NCBI RefSeq assembly: GCF_013004595.1
Contig: NZ_JABEMC010000005.1
Location: 186,001-250,000 of the forward strand
Reading direction: 5' to 3'
Length of the DNA stretch: 64,000 bases
DNA from: Brevibacterium luteolum
GTDB taxonomy: Bacteria > Actinomycetota > Actinomycetes > Actinomycetales > Brevibacteriaceae
Numbering within the stretch: position 1 is the stretch's first letter; the number at the start of each line of letters is the position of its first letter. The position numbers and the translations under genes are program-made. Under the pieces are notes generated by a model. The model saw only the letters and a program-made list of their open reading frames with translations, made no database searches and had not been told where the DNA came from. Shown one piece after another: positions 32,191 to 42,087 of the stretch.

Positions 32191-32502
32191 TGTATTCACT
32201 GTAGGTGACGAGAGTGATCCGGCGCAAGAGCCAGCCGGGGCGATCTGACTGACCGGACAGGGGGTTTCCAGCGGGACCGCAGGCGAAACGGTCGCGGGAA
32301 GTTGCAGCCGCAGGGACCGTCGACACGGACACGCAGGAGTTCGTCACCTATGACGCGACGGCCAGGGAGCTGCGGACGACGACGTCGCGGATGCGGCGGC
32401 GGATTCGCAGGTGAAGCCGGAGCTCGACCAACAGGCAACACGTGCCACGGCTCCCGACCGCAGTGGCCTGCGGTGATGCACATCAAACGCCGCTTTAGGC
32501 AT

Positions 32503-32577
32503 ATTCCATGCCAGTAGAGCATGATTGATTCCATGCCGGTAAAGCATGATTGATTCCATGCCGGTAAAGCATGATTG
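32503..32577. repeat. 3 x 25-bp AT-rich tandem repeat
   Basis: ATTCCATGCCGGTAAAGCATGATTG at 32528 and 32553, plus a 2-mismatch copy at 32503. Confidence 0.95.
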
Positions 32578-32833
32578 CTGATGAGCGCATTGGGCGTCGG
32601 GTCGAGTCGAGAGCTCACTCCGCCCGGCGTCTTGCGGGGACCCGCAGGCGGTGATGAGATAAGAGCTGTCAGCCGCACGGCAGCGCACCGCCGCGCCGAC
32701 GACCCCTGACACGCGGGCTCCGGCCGGTCAACCCCATGCCCGGCCGACCGCTGACACAGCCGACCCGCGGCAGTGACAACGCAGCTTCAACTGAGACACG
32801 CAGCGCCAGCTGATGAGAGAAAGCAGAGAACCG

Positions 32834-34432
32834 ATGACGAACGGCGCCGACAGACTCCTGGCCACCCTTGAACACAACGACATCGAGGTGTGCTTCGCCA
32901 ATCCCGGCACCTCGGAGATGCACTTCGTTGCCTCCTTGGACAAGGCGACGAAGATCCGCGGCGTACTCGGGCTGTTCGAGGGCACGGTCACCGGTGCGGC
33001 TGACGGTTACTCTCGTATGACCGATCGCCCTGCCGCGACTCTCCTCCACCTCGGGCCAGGTCTGGCCAACGGCCTGTCGAACATGCACAACGCTCTGCGC
33101 GCCCGGGCTGGGATCGTCAATGTCATCGGCGATCACGCCACCTACCACCGCGACCTCGACGCGCCGCTGACCTCCGACATCGAAGGCACCGCGCGCCCGT
33201 TCAGCCACTGGGTGCGCAGCTCTCCATCACCGGACACCATCGCAGCCGACACCGCCGATGCCATCAGCCAGGCCGAGGCCGGTCGTGTCGCCTCGCTCAT
33301 CCTGCCGGCTGACACGGCCTGGAACCCGGTCACCGGCGACCCGGCCGTGCCGACTGCCGCCGCATTGCCGCGTCCGGTCCTCGATGAGCGCGTCATCGCT
33401 GCCGCTGCCAAGCGCCTGCGCGCCTCCGGTGAGCACACCGCGATCCTCATGGGCGGCCGCTCGCTGCGGGCCGATCAGCTCGCTGTGGCCGGGCGGATCG
33501 CTGCTGCCACCGGCGCCCATCTGCTGTCTGACACCTTCGCCCCTCGCACCGAACGCGGCGCCGGGCGGGTGACGACACTCAAGGTGCCGTACCCAGTGGG
33601 GCCGTCCCAGGAGCTGCTCGCCGATTTCGATGCGCTCATCCTCGTCGACTCGAAGGAGCCGGTGGCGTTCTTCGCCTACCCGGACAAGTCGAGCGTGCTC
33701 ACTGCTGCCGGCACGACCTTCTTCGAGATCTGCCCGCGCGAAGGCGATGCGCTCGCCGCATTGGAGGCTCTCGCCGAGGCGGTCGGTGCCACCGGTGCTG
33801 ATGTCCCCGGCGATGGGATCGCCTCCGGTGCTGGCACCGCCGAGGGCCGCGGCCATATTGCCGAGCTGTCTCTGCCGGGCATGCCGAGCGGCACGATCAC
33901 CCCGGAGAAGATCAGCGCGTTCCTCGGCAATGCGATCCCTGAGGGCGCGATCGTCGTCGATGAGTCCCTCACGACCGGCGGGAGCTTCTGGGCACAGACC
34001 GCCACGGCGCGCCCGCACGACTGGTTCTCCGGCACCGGCGGGTCGATCGGCTATGCGATGCCGGTGGCCGCAGGTGCCGCGATCGCCTGCCCGGATCGGC
34101 CGGTCATCACGCTCGAAAGCGATGGTTCGGGCCTGTACCAGCCGCAGGCGCTGTGGACTCAGGCCCGCGAAGGCCTCAACGTCGTCACGCTCATCTTCAA
34201 CAATGCCAAGTACCAGATCCTGCGCAATGAGATGGCCAATGTCGGGGTGCCGGACTTCGGCCCGAAGGCCAGCGCACTGCTCGACCTCAGCGACCCGGTG
34301 CCGAACTGGTCCGCCATCTCCGAGGGGATGGGCGTGCCGGCCCGTCGTGTCGAGACCGTCGAGCAGCTCGACGCCGCGTTCTCCGAGGCACTGGCTGAGC
34401 CGGGACCGCGGTTGATCGAAGTGATGGTCTGA
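32834..34432 (+). CDS. ThDP-dependent enzyme (acetolactate synthase large subunit-like/decarboxylase)
   Basis: CFANPGTSEMH, LLHLGPGLANG, SDGSG...N ThDP motif. Confidence 0.9.
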   Translation: MTNGADRLLATLEHNDIEVCFANPGTSEMHFVASLDKATKIRGVLGLFEGTVTGAADGYSRMTDRPAATLLHLGPGLANGLSNMHNALRARAGIVNVIGDHATYHRDLDAPLTSDIEGTARPFSHWVRSSPSPDTIAADTADAISQAEAGRVASLILPADTAWNPVTGDPAVPTAAALPRPVLDERVIAAAAKRLRASGEHTAILMGGRSLRADQLAVAGRIAAATGAHLLSDTFAPRTERGAGRVTTLKVPYPVGPSQELLADFDALILVDSKEPVAFFAYPDKSSVLTAAGTTFFEICPREGDALAALEALAEAVGATGADVPGDGIASGAGTAEGRGHIAELSLPGMPSGTITPEKISAFLGNAIPEGAIVVDESLTTGGSFWAQTATARPHDWFSGTGGSIGYAMPVAAGAAIACPDRPVITLESDGSGLYQPQALWTQAREGLNVVTLIFNNAKYQILRNEMANVGVPDFGPKASALLDLSDPVPNWSAISEGMGVPARRVETVEQLDAAFSEALAEPGPRLIEVMV

Positions 34433-34473
34433 GCCCCGCTGAGTCCCCCTGAGCCCTCTGCGCTGAGGTTTCC

Positions 34474-34512
34474 GACCCCGGTTTGCGCGCGATCGTGCGA
34501 ACCGGGGTCTTT
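34474..34512 (+). terminator. Hairpin between convergent ThDP enzyme and TetR genes
   Basis: GACCCCGGTTTGCGCG-cgat-CGTGCGAACCGGGGTC-TTT. Confidence 0.7.
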
Positions 34513-34557
34513 CTCTTCTCGAGTGCCCCCGGGCGGTGCGTGGCACGCGTTTCGGGT

Positions 34558-35148
34558 TCAGGGCGTGTGGTCGAGCACGGCTCCGCACAGCCAGCGCAGT
34601 CGTCTGCGGGCGACATCCAGCGTCAGCTCCAGGTCGGTGGCGCCGAACTGCGACATGAGCCCATCGCAGGCCGCGCTCAGCAGCGAGGCGCGGTCGGGGA
34701 TGTCCACTTCGGCAAGATGCCCTTCGGCGGCGAGGACGTGCAGCCATGACTCGACCCTGGCCAGCCCGATCTCGTAGAGCCGTGAGAGCATCCGCGTACT
34801 GGAGTCATCAGCCTCCGGGCCGAAGGCATTGGACATCTGGGTGACCCAGATGCCGAGCAGCGAGCGCGTCGATGCGTCATCATGCGGCAGGAACTGCAGC
34901 ATGCACTCCGTCAGCCGCTCGGCTGGATCCCGCGAGGAGTTCGCGATGTCGAGATCGGGCACCTCACGCGAATAGGCCCGCTCAGCCACTGCGCGCAAGA
35001 GCGCACTTTGGGTCGGGAAATAGTACCGAAGCGTGCTCGCGCCGATGCCGGCGCGCTCGGCAACAGCGCGCACGCTCGCAGCACCTGGCCCGCCGGACTC
35101 GACGAGCTCAAGGGCGGCCTCGACGATCTGCTCCCGCCTGTCAGCCAT
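34558..35148 (-). CDS. TetR family regulator
   Basis: SVRAVAERAGIGASTLRYYFPT HTH; GGAG RBS. Confidence 0.92.
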   Translation of the reverse strand: MADRREQIVEAALELVESGGPGAASVRAVAERAGIGASTLRYYFPTQSALLRAVAERAYSREVPDLDIANSSRDPAERLTECMLQFLPHDDASTRSLLGIWVTQMSNAFGPEADDSSTRMLSRLYEIGLARVESWLHVLAAEGHLAEVDIPDRASLLSAACDGLMSQFGATDLELTLDVARRRLRWLCGAVLDHTP

Positions 35149-35206
35149 CGGACTCCTCCCGTCACGCGCCTCTTCCAGCGCTTCGTTCACGACTCTCAAT
35201 CGCCAC

Positions 35207-35257
35207 TTGACAATCTAGCACACCGTACTAGTACATTGAACTAGCACGCTGTACTAG
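35207..35257. promoter_or_regulatory. TTGACA -35 element plus two palindromic TetR operators
   Basis: CTAGCACACCGTACTAG (35215) and CTAGCACGCTGTACTAG (35241) in the divergent intergenic region. Confidence 0.75.
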
Positions 35258-35302
35258 ACGAGTGCAGCCCTGCGTGAAGCCACCCCTCGTGAAGGAGAGA
35301 CC

Positions 35303-35770
35303 ATGTTCGAAGCACTCCAGGAATTCACCACCTCGCTGCCGGTGTGGGCCCGCTGGGCCGGCATCATCCTCATCTCCGCACTGCCGTTCGTCGAGTCCTA
35401 CTTCGGCTCAGTCATCGGCATCGTCGCCGGCGTCCACCCCGTCGTCGCGATCCCGGCTGCGATCCTCGGCAACGTCCTGTCGATGCTCGCCCTCGTCTAC
35501 GGCGCCCACAAGATCCGCGCCCGGGCGACTGCCAAGAAGCCGGCTGACTCACCGAAGAAGGCACGGCTCAGGAAAGCCTTCGACCGGTGGGGCGTACCAG
35601 GCGTCAGCCTGCTCGGCCAGACCGTGCTGCCCAGCCAGATCACCTCGATGGCGATGGTCTCCTTCGGCGCCTCCCGCAACGCTGTGGCGCGCTGGCAGAT
35701 CGTGTCGATCATCGCCTGGGGCGTGCTCTTCGGCGGGCTTGCGATGGCCGGTGTGCAGCTGTTCGGCTGA
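35303..35770 (+). CDS. Small membrane protein (putative small multidrug export-like)
   Basis: LPFVESYFG, LGNVLSM, FDRWGVPGVSLLG; AAGGAG RBS. Confidence 0.82.
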   Translation: MFEALQEFTTSLPVWARWAGIILISALPFVESYFGSVIGIVAGVHPVVAIPAAILGNVLSMLALVYGAHKIRARATAKKPADSPKKARLRKAFDRWGVPGVSLLGQTVLPSQITSMAMVSFGASRNAVARWQIVSIIAWGVLFGGLAMAGVQLFG

Positions 35771-35883
35771 GGCACGCGGTCGGCTCTGGCGTCCGCCAGG
35801 TAGTGCTCCCAGCCGGTTCGGATGCCGATAGGGCACACTTAGAAGAGCACCAGCACGCGCACCTGTTCGCGAAAGGAGCTCGC

Positions 35884-36123
35884 ATGTCGCCCTACGCCAC
35901 CGAACCGGCCAAGGATCCCGGCCTCGCCCTCGTCCTCACCCTCCTCGGCTTCGTCCTCATCGCGGGCCTGCAGTACTTCTACATCGGCAAGATCGTCATG
36001 GGTCTGCTGTTCCTCTTCACCGGCGGATTCTTCTTCGTCGGCACCGTCATCTCCTGCTTCACCATCCGCGGAGAGACCCGCCGGGTGAATGAGCGCCGGG
36101 CACGCCGCGCCGCCCGCTACTGA
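35884..36123 (+). CDS. TM2/NINE domain small membrane protein
   Basis: GLQYFYIGKIVMGLLFLFTGG; AAAGGAG RBS. Confidence 0.85.
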   Translation: MSPYATEPAKDPGLALVLTLLGFVLIAGLQYFYIGKIVMGLLFLFTGGFFFVGTVISCFTIRGETRRVNERRARRAARY

Positions 36124-36215
36124 GACCCGCCACCACCCATCAGCTGAGTCACCGCCCTCGGCGCCGACCGTTTTCCCCAGCCCCTCCCGACGCCAAACCG
36201 GCTCCCATCCCGTAG

Positions 36216-36228
36216 AATTGTTCAACAA
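36216..36228. promoter_or_regulatory. Operator (ATTGTTCAACAA) upstream of pxpA
   Basis: The same 13-mer lies upstream of the convergent transporter operon at 43461. Confidence 0.7.
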
Positions 36229-36273
36229 CGATCAGGGGACTGCGGCCCGCCGAGGCGAACTGGAGGAGAAGCT

Positions 36274-37032
36274 ATGAGCAGCATCGACGTCAACTCCGAC
36301 CTGGGCGAATCGGTCGCCGGCATTCCCGTCGGCGATGACGAGGCGATCCTCGACGTCGTCTCCTCGGCCAATGTCGCCTGCGGCTTCCATGCCGGCAGCC
36401 CGCACGGCATCTCGGCCACCGTCAGCCAGGCCGCTGCCCGCGGTGTGACGATCGGGGCGCACCCGGCCTACAACGACCCGTCGGGCTTCGGCCGCCGGTT
36501 CATCGACTACGACCCCAAGCAGCTGGCTGACGAGGTGCTCTACCAGATCGGCGCCCTCGATGCGATCGCCCGCGCGCACGGCTCCGAGGTCCGCTACGTC
36601 AAGCCCCATGGCGCGCTGTACAACGCGCTCGTGCGCAATGCCGAGCACGCTCAGGCCGTCATCGACGGGCTGCGGTCCTTCTCCCGCAGCGTCCCGCTGC
36701 TTCTGCTGCCCGGCTCGATCGCCGCGGAGATGGCCGTCAAGGCCGGTCTGCAGGTCATCACCGAAGCCTTCGCCGACCGCAATTACAATCCCGACGGCAC
36801 GCTTGTCTCCCGGTCGGAGGACGATGCGGTCGTCACCGACATCGACACCGTGCGCTCCCGGGTCATCGAGATGGCCACCTCGGGCACGGTCACCGCACGC
36901 GATGGCTCGACCCTGCGCGTCGACGCCCAGTCGATCTGCGTGCACGGCGACTCGCCGGGCGCTGTCGAGATGGCCAAGGCCATCCGCGAGGCCCTCGACG
37001 AAGCCGGCGTGACGGTCACGAGCTTCGCATGA
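36274..37032 (+). CDS. pxpA: 5-oxoprolinase subunit A (LamB/YcsF)
   Basis: DVNSDLGE, SANVACGFHAG, KPHGALYN, EAFADRNY, ICVHGD. Confidence 0.95.
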   Translation: MSSIDVNSDLGESVAGIPVGDDEAILDVVSSANVACGFHAGSPHGISATVSQAAARGVTIGAHPAYNDPSGFGRRFIDYDPKQLADEVLYQIGALDAIARAHGSEVRYVKPHGALYNALVRNAEHAQAVIDGLRSFSRSVPLLLLPGSIAAEMAVKAGLQVITEAFADRNYNPDGTLVSRSEDDAVVTDIDTVRSRVIEMATSGTVTARDGSTLRVDAQSICVHGDSPGAVEMAKAIREALDEAGVTVTSFA

Positions 37033-38633
37033 GCCCGGCCGACCGACCCGGCGCAGTGACGAGCACCCCGGAGTTCCGACTCATGGGCACCCGCTCGGTG
37101 CTCATTGAACTGCCCGACACCGCCACCGTCATGGCCTGGCACGCCCACCTGAGCGCCCACCCGCTCGACGCGCAGATCGAGGTCATCGCCGCCGCCCGCA
37201 CGCTGCTGTTCAAAGCCGCCACTCGCCGCGGCCTCGACACGGCCCTGACCGCCCTGCGCGAACTGACCCCCGATGACGCGGCCGCAGGTGCGCACAAGCG
37301 CATCGACATCGACGTAGTCTACAACGGCGAGGACCTCGAGGCAGTCGCCGAGCACTACGGCGTCTCGACCGAGGCGCTCATCGCCCGGCACACGAGCGAA
37401 GACTGGTTGGCCGCCTTCGGCGGGTTCTCCCCCGGCTTCGCCTACTGCACCGCCGCCGGCAGCGGCTGGAACACCCCACGCCGGGCCTCCCCGCGCACCA
37501 AGGTGCCGCGCGGTTCCGTCGCCCTGGCCGGGCCGTTCTCCGCCGTCTACCCGATCGACTCACCCGGCGGCTGGCAGCTGCTCGGCTCCTCCCCCACCCC
37601 GGTGTGGGACGTGGGCGAAGACCCGCCCAACCGCATCAGTCCGGGTGATGAGATCCGCTACCGGGCGGTGGCCGAGGAGGTCACGCTCTCCCCGGCCACC
37701 GCCTCGGCGCCGGCGAGCCAGCCGGCCCGCCCGGCGGCGACCGTCACCGCCGTGGGTCTGCAGGCGCTGTTCCAGGACCGCGGGCGCACCGGCCACGGCG
37801 ACACCGGCGTGCCGACCTCCGGGGTGCTCGACCGCGCCTCAGCCCGGCAGGCCAACCGGATCGTCGGCAACCGCGGCGACGCCACTGTCATCGAATGCCT
37901 CTTCGGCGGGCTCGCGCTGCAAGCTGAGACCGACCTGACGCTGGCCGTTACCGGAGCCGAGGCGCCTGTCAAAGTGGGTGGCAAGCCCGCCCCGCTGCGC
38001 ACCCCGCTCGTCGCCCCGGCTGGTGAGAGTGTGGAGATCGGTGCGCCGACGCATGGGATCCGCTCCTATGTCGCGGTGCGCGGCGGGTTCGTCACCAGCG
38101 AGGTGCTCGGCTCGACGGCCACCGATACGCTCTCCCGGCTCGGGCCTGAGCCGATCAGCGTCGGCCAGCAGCTCAAGGTGCCCGTCACACCCGACGTGGT
38201 TGCCGTCGGCGGGCCGGAGCCTACGAACCTACCGGAAGGTAATCTCACGACCGCAGAGCTGCGGGTGGTGCCCGGGCCGAGAGATGACTGGTGCGCCCCC
38301 GGTGAGCTGGAGACGCTCACCAGCCAAGTGTGGACGGTCAGCCAGGAGTCCAATCGCATCGCCCTTCGCCTGCAGGCAGGCGAGGACGGCCGGCCGCTGC
38401 GCCGGGCCGAGGACACCGGGGAGCTCGCCAGTGAGGGCATGGTCTCCGGTGCGATCCAGGTGCCGCCGGAAGGCCAGCCGGTGCTGTTCCTGGCCGACCA
38501 TCCGGTGACCGGCGGGTATCCGGTCGTCGCCACCGTCATCGCCGAAGACCTCGACCTCGCCGCCCAGCTGCCGCCGGGTGCCGAGGTGCGCTTCACCATC
38601 CACGCCGCCGACCTGCCAGGAGAACCGTCATGA
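37029..38633 (+). CDS. pxpBC: Fused 5-oxoprolinase subunits B/C (KipI/KipA-like)
   Basis: GFSPGFAY, YPIDSPGGWQLLG, QDRGR, GAIQVPP, DHPVTGGYP; ATGA overlap with pxpA. Confidence 0.92.
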   Translation: MSPADRPGAVTSTPEFRLMGTRSVLIELPDTATVMAWHAHLSAHPLDAQIEVIAAARTLLFKAATRRGLDTALTALRELTPDDAAAGAHKRIDIDVVYNGEDLEAVAEHYGVSTEALIARHTSEDWLAAFGGFSPGFAYCTAAGSGWNTPRRASPRTKVPRGSVALAGPFSAVYPIDSPGGWQLLGSSPTPVWDVGEDPPNRISPGDEIRYRAVAEEVTLSPATASAPASQPARPAATVTAVGLQALFQDRGRTGHGDTGVPTSGVLDRASARQANRIVGNRGDATVIECLFGGLALQAETDLTLAVTGAEAPVKVGGKPAPLRTPLVAPAGESVEIGAPTHGIRSYVAVRGGFVTSEVLGSTATDTLSRLGPEPISVGQQLKVPVTPDVVAVGGPEPTNLPEGNLTTAELRVVPGPRDDWCAPGELETLTSQVWTVSQESNRIALRLQAGEDGRPLRRAEDTGELASEGMVSGAIQVPPEGQPVLFLADHPVTGGYPVVATVIAEDLDLAAQLPPGAEVRFTIHAADLPGEPS

Positions 38634-40465
38634 CGCTTGCTTCCGTGCTCATCGCCAACCGCGGGGAGATCGCCGTGCGCATCGCCCGCGCGGCAGCCGA
38701 CCACGGGCTGCGCTCAGTGGCCGTGTACTCCGATGCCGACGCCGAGGCCCTGCACACCCGCATCGCCGACGAGGCCTACCGGCTGCCGGGCACCGCCCCG
38801 GCCGAGACGTACATGAACATCCCGGCCCTCATCGAAACCGCGCTGCGCGCCGGTGTCGAGGCCGTCCACCCCGGCTACGGGTTCCTCGCCGAGAACGCTG
38901 AGTTCGCTGCCGCCGTCGCCGAGGCGGGACTGACGTGGATCGGCCCGTCGCCTGAGGTGATCGAGAAGCTGGGCAACAAGGTCACCGCCCGCGAGATCGC
39001 ACTCTCCGTCGACGCCCCGCTCGCGCCCGGTTCCGATGGCCCGGTCGAGGACTGGGAGGAGGCGCACGCCTTCGCTGAGGAGCACGGGCTGCCGATTGCG
39101 ATCAAGGCTGCCTACGGTGGCGGCGGACGCGGCCTCAAAGTCGTCCATGAGCTCGCTGACGTCGAGGATGCCTTCGCGGCCGCCGGGCGCGAGGCGGTGG
39201 CCGCGTTCGGCCGCGGTGAGTGCTTTGTCGAGAAATTCCTCGTCCGCCCCCGGCACGTCGAGGCGCAGATCCTGGCGGACACGCACGGGAACACGGTCGT
39301 GATCGGGCTGCGGGACTGCTCGCTGCAGCGGCGCAACCAGAAGCTCGTCGAGGAGGCACCGGCGCCGTTCCTCACCTCCGAACAGGAGGCGACGATCCGT
39401 GAGGGCGCGGTCAAGATCTGCCAGGCTGCCGGGTACGTCGGCGCCGGTACGGTCGAGTTCCTCATCGCCGAAGACGGCACCATCAGCTTCCTGGAGGTCA
39501 ACACGCGCCTGCAAGTCGAGCATCCGGTGACCGAGATGACGACCGGCGTCGATCTTGTCGGCGAGCAGTTCCGGATCGCCGCCGGCCTGCCACTATCCTT
39601 CGCCGACGGCGATGCTTCTGACGGCAATGCCGCATGTGGGGACAGCGAGATCACTGTGCCGCAGCTCGGGCATGCGATCGAGTTCCGGCTCAACGCCGAA
39701 GACGTCGCCAACGGCTATGTCCCCTGCCCGGGCACCATCACCCGATTCGAGGCCCCGACCGGCCCGGGCATCCGCGTCGACACCGGGGTCACGAGCGGGT
39801 CGACGATCCCGGGTGCCTATGACTCGATGATGGCCAAGCTCATCGTCTTCGGTGCCGACCGCGACCAGGCGATCACGCGTGCCCGGCAGGCGCTGCGCGA
39901 ACTCGTCATCGAGGGAGTCGCCACGGTCGTGCCGTTCCACCAGGCAGTGCTCGAACACTCTGACTTCGCCGATGACTTCGCCGTCCACACGACCTGGATC
40001 GAAAACGACTTCGCCGAGCAGTTCGAACGCACCGAGGTCTTCGCCGATCAACGTGACGGTCAGCCGTTCACCCGGTTCGGCGTCGAACTCGATGGCAAGC
40101 GCGTCGAGCTCGGTCTGCCTGCTGAGCTGCTGAGCCGGCTCGCCAGCCCAGCCCCAAGCGGTGCGTCCACCGGCGAGGCCCAGCCTGCCGGCACCACGGG
40201 CGCGGACACCGAGACCGAGGCGAGCAGCACCGACAACGGCGCCGACGCCTCGGGAGCGGAGGTCACGAGCCCATATGCCGGCAGCTTCGTGACGTGGAAG
40301 GTGGCAGACGGCGACGCGGTCGAGGCCGGGCAGACGGTCGCGGTCATCGAGGCGATGAAGATGGAGTCCAATGTCTCCGCCCCGTCCGGCGGAACGATTG
40401 CATGTGAGTCCCTGGATGCAGGTGACAGCGTTTCGGCAGGTCAGGTGCTCGCGCGGATCTCCTGA
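38630..40465 (+). CDS. Biotin carboxylase / biotin carboxyl carrier fusion
   Basis: LIANRGEIAVR, HPGYGFLAEN, EVNTRLQVEH, EAMKM biotinylation site. Confidence 0.95.
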   Translation: MTLASVLIANRGEIAVRIARAAADHGLRSVAVYSDADAEALHTRIADEAYRLPGTAPAETYMNIPALIETALRAGVEAVHPGYGFLAENAEFAAAVAEAGLTWIGPSPEVIEKLGNKVTAREIALSVDAPLAPGSDGPVEDWEEAHAFAEEHGLPIAIKAAYGGGGRGLKVVHELADVEDAFAAAGREAVAAFGRGECFVEKFLVRPRHVEAQILADTHGNTVVIGLRDCSLQRRNQKLVEEAPAPFLTSEQEATIREGAVKICQAAGYVGAGTVEFLIAEDGTISFLEVNTRLQVEHPVTEMTTGVDLVGEQFRIAAGLPLSFADGDASDGNAACGDSEITVPQLGHAIEFRLNAEDVANGYVPCPGTITRFEAPTGPGIRVDTGVTSGSTIPGAYDSMMAKLIVFGADRDQAITRARQALRELVIEGVATVVPFHQAVLEHSDFADDFAVHTTWIENDFAEQFERTEVFADQRDGQPFTRFGVELDGKRVELGLPAELLSRLASPAPSGASTGEAQPAGTTGADTETEASSTDNGADASGAEVTSPYAGSFVTWKVADGDAVEAGQTVAVIEAMKMESNVSAPSGGTIACESLDAGDSVSAGQVLARIS

Positions 40466-40584
40466 ACCGTGCCGAGGATGCGGCGCGAGGCTGGTACTGA
40501 GGGCGTATGGGAACGGTAAGGGAACATGACAGAAAGATCACAGCCGCCGCTACCGCGATTGTCTCCTACTATGGCGGCGTGACC

Positions 40585-41214
40585 ATGGAATTCGTATCGG
40601 CACAGCAGCGGGTGACCCACACGCTACTGGAGGAGATCTCAACCGGCCAGCTCGCCCCTGGCGAGAAGCTCCACGAGGTTGCCCTGGCCACCCGGCTGGA
40701 GGTCTCCCGGAACACGCTGCGCGAGGCGTTCGTCGCACTGCAGGGCTACGGGGTCGTCGTGCGGCTGCCGCACCGCGGGGTGCATGTGACGCTGCCGGAG
40801 ATCTCGCACGTCGATGAGATCTACCAGTGCCGTTCGCTGCTCGAACCGGCCGTCCTGCAGTGGTCGGACCGGCTCGACACGGCCACGCTTAAGGACTGTG
40901 TGGCCGCCGGGCGGGCCGCACGCGAGGCGGGCGACCCCCATGCGGTCGGCGATGCCAACCAGCGGTTCCACTCGGCGATCATCGCCTCGGCCGAGTCCTA
41001 CTACGCCAACGAGGTCATGACCCGGGTGCTCGCGCTCATGCGGCTCGTCTTCATCCGCGGTTCAGCCGAGCGCCGCGGCTTCCACTGCCCCTATATCGAG
41101 CTCAACGCCACGATCGCCGACCTTGCCGCAAGCGGCCGGCGCCGCGAGGCCGCTGAGGAGATGCGCAGCTACCTCGACCGGGCGCGCAGCGAGGTCCGCG
41201 AGCTGCTGTCCTGA
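40585..41214 (+). CDS. GntR family regulator
   Basis: LAPGEKL...VSRNTLREAF, NQRFH; start uncertain (40507-40585). Confidence 0.9.
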   Translation: MEFVSAQQRVTHTLLEEISTGQLAPGEKLHEVALATRLEVSRNTLREAFVALQGYGVVVRLPHRGVHVTLPEISHVDEIYQCRSLLEPAVLQWSDRLDTATLKDCVAAGRAAREAGDPHAVGDANQRFHSAIIASAESYYANEVMTRVLALMRLVFIRGSAERRGFHCPYIELNATIADLAASGRRREAAEEMRSYLDRARSEVRELLS

Positions 41215-41274
41215 ACTTGGTCTCCTCACGCAGGTACGCCCGGCCTATGAGGAACCGACCTCGGGAACCTGGAC

Positions 41275-42087
41275 TTAGGGGACCTGGAACTCGGCATCCC
41301 GGGCGTCAGTGATGAGCATCTTCCCGGGTGAGTGGGCGATCGCGATCTCCGGGCGGGCGGCCAGCAGCGCGGCTTGCGGGGTCACCCCGCAGGCCCAGAA
41401 CACCGGCAGATGCCCATCCGGGATCGTCACCGCATCGCCGTAGTCAGGGTTGCCGAGGTCGCGGATGCCGATCTCTGCCGGGTTGCCGATGTGCACCGGT
41501 GCTCCGTGCACGGCCGGGTAGCGGGAGGTGATGCGCACCGCCTCGGCGACCTGGTTCGCCGGCAGCGGGCGCATCGACACAACAAGCGGGCCTGAGAAGA
41601 TCCCGGCCGGTTCGGTGTCGATCGAGGTGCGGTACATCGGCACGTTGACGTTCTGGCTGATGTGAGCGATGTCAATGCCGGCGGCCAGCAGCGCGGTCTC
41701 GAAGGTGAACGAGCAGCCGATGAGGAAGCTGACGATGTCGTCTCGCCAGAACGCGGTGGCATCCGTGACGGTCTCGGCGAGCTCACCGTTCCGGTAGATC
41801 CGGTAGGCCGGCACATCGGTGCGGATATCCCCGCCTTGAAGCAGCGGCGAGCTCGTCTGCCCGGCTTCGAGCACTCCGACGATCGGCATCGGCTTGGGGT
41901 TGCGCTGGGCGAAGAGCAGGAAGTCGAAGGCATGCTCGCGCGGCACAGCAAGCAGGTTCGTCTGCGTGAACCCCGGGCACAGGCCGGCGGTCGGCCGGTC
42001 GAGACCGGCCCGGAAGGCCGCCCTGGCCTGCGCAGGTGAGGTGAACGGGGAGCCCGCCGGTGCCTCGGGAGCGGTGTCCATCGTCAT
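41275..42087 (-). CDS. DUF1445/YcsI putative hydro-lyase (D-glutamate cyclase family)
   Basis: QRNPKP, DIRTDVPAY, GCSFTFE, HGAPVH, FWACGVTPQ, HSPG. Confidence 0.92.
   Translation of the reverse strand: MTMDTAPEAPAGSPFTSPAQARAAFRAGLDRPTAGLCPGFTQTNLLAVPREHAFDFLLFAQRNPKPMPIVGVLEAGQTSSPLLQGGDIRTDVPAYRIYRNGELAETVTDATAFWRDDIVSFLIGCSFTFETALLAAGIDIAHISQNVNVPMYRTSIDTEPAGIFSGPLVVSMRPLPANQVAEAVRITSRYPAVHGAPVHIGNPAEIGIRDLGNPDYGDAVTIPDGHLPVFWACGVTPQAALLAARPEIAIAHSPGKMLITDARDAEFQVP

Noticed and set aside
32503..32577. CRISPR array
   Set aside because: Units are contiguous with no unique spacers, and there are no cas genes in the window.
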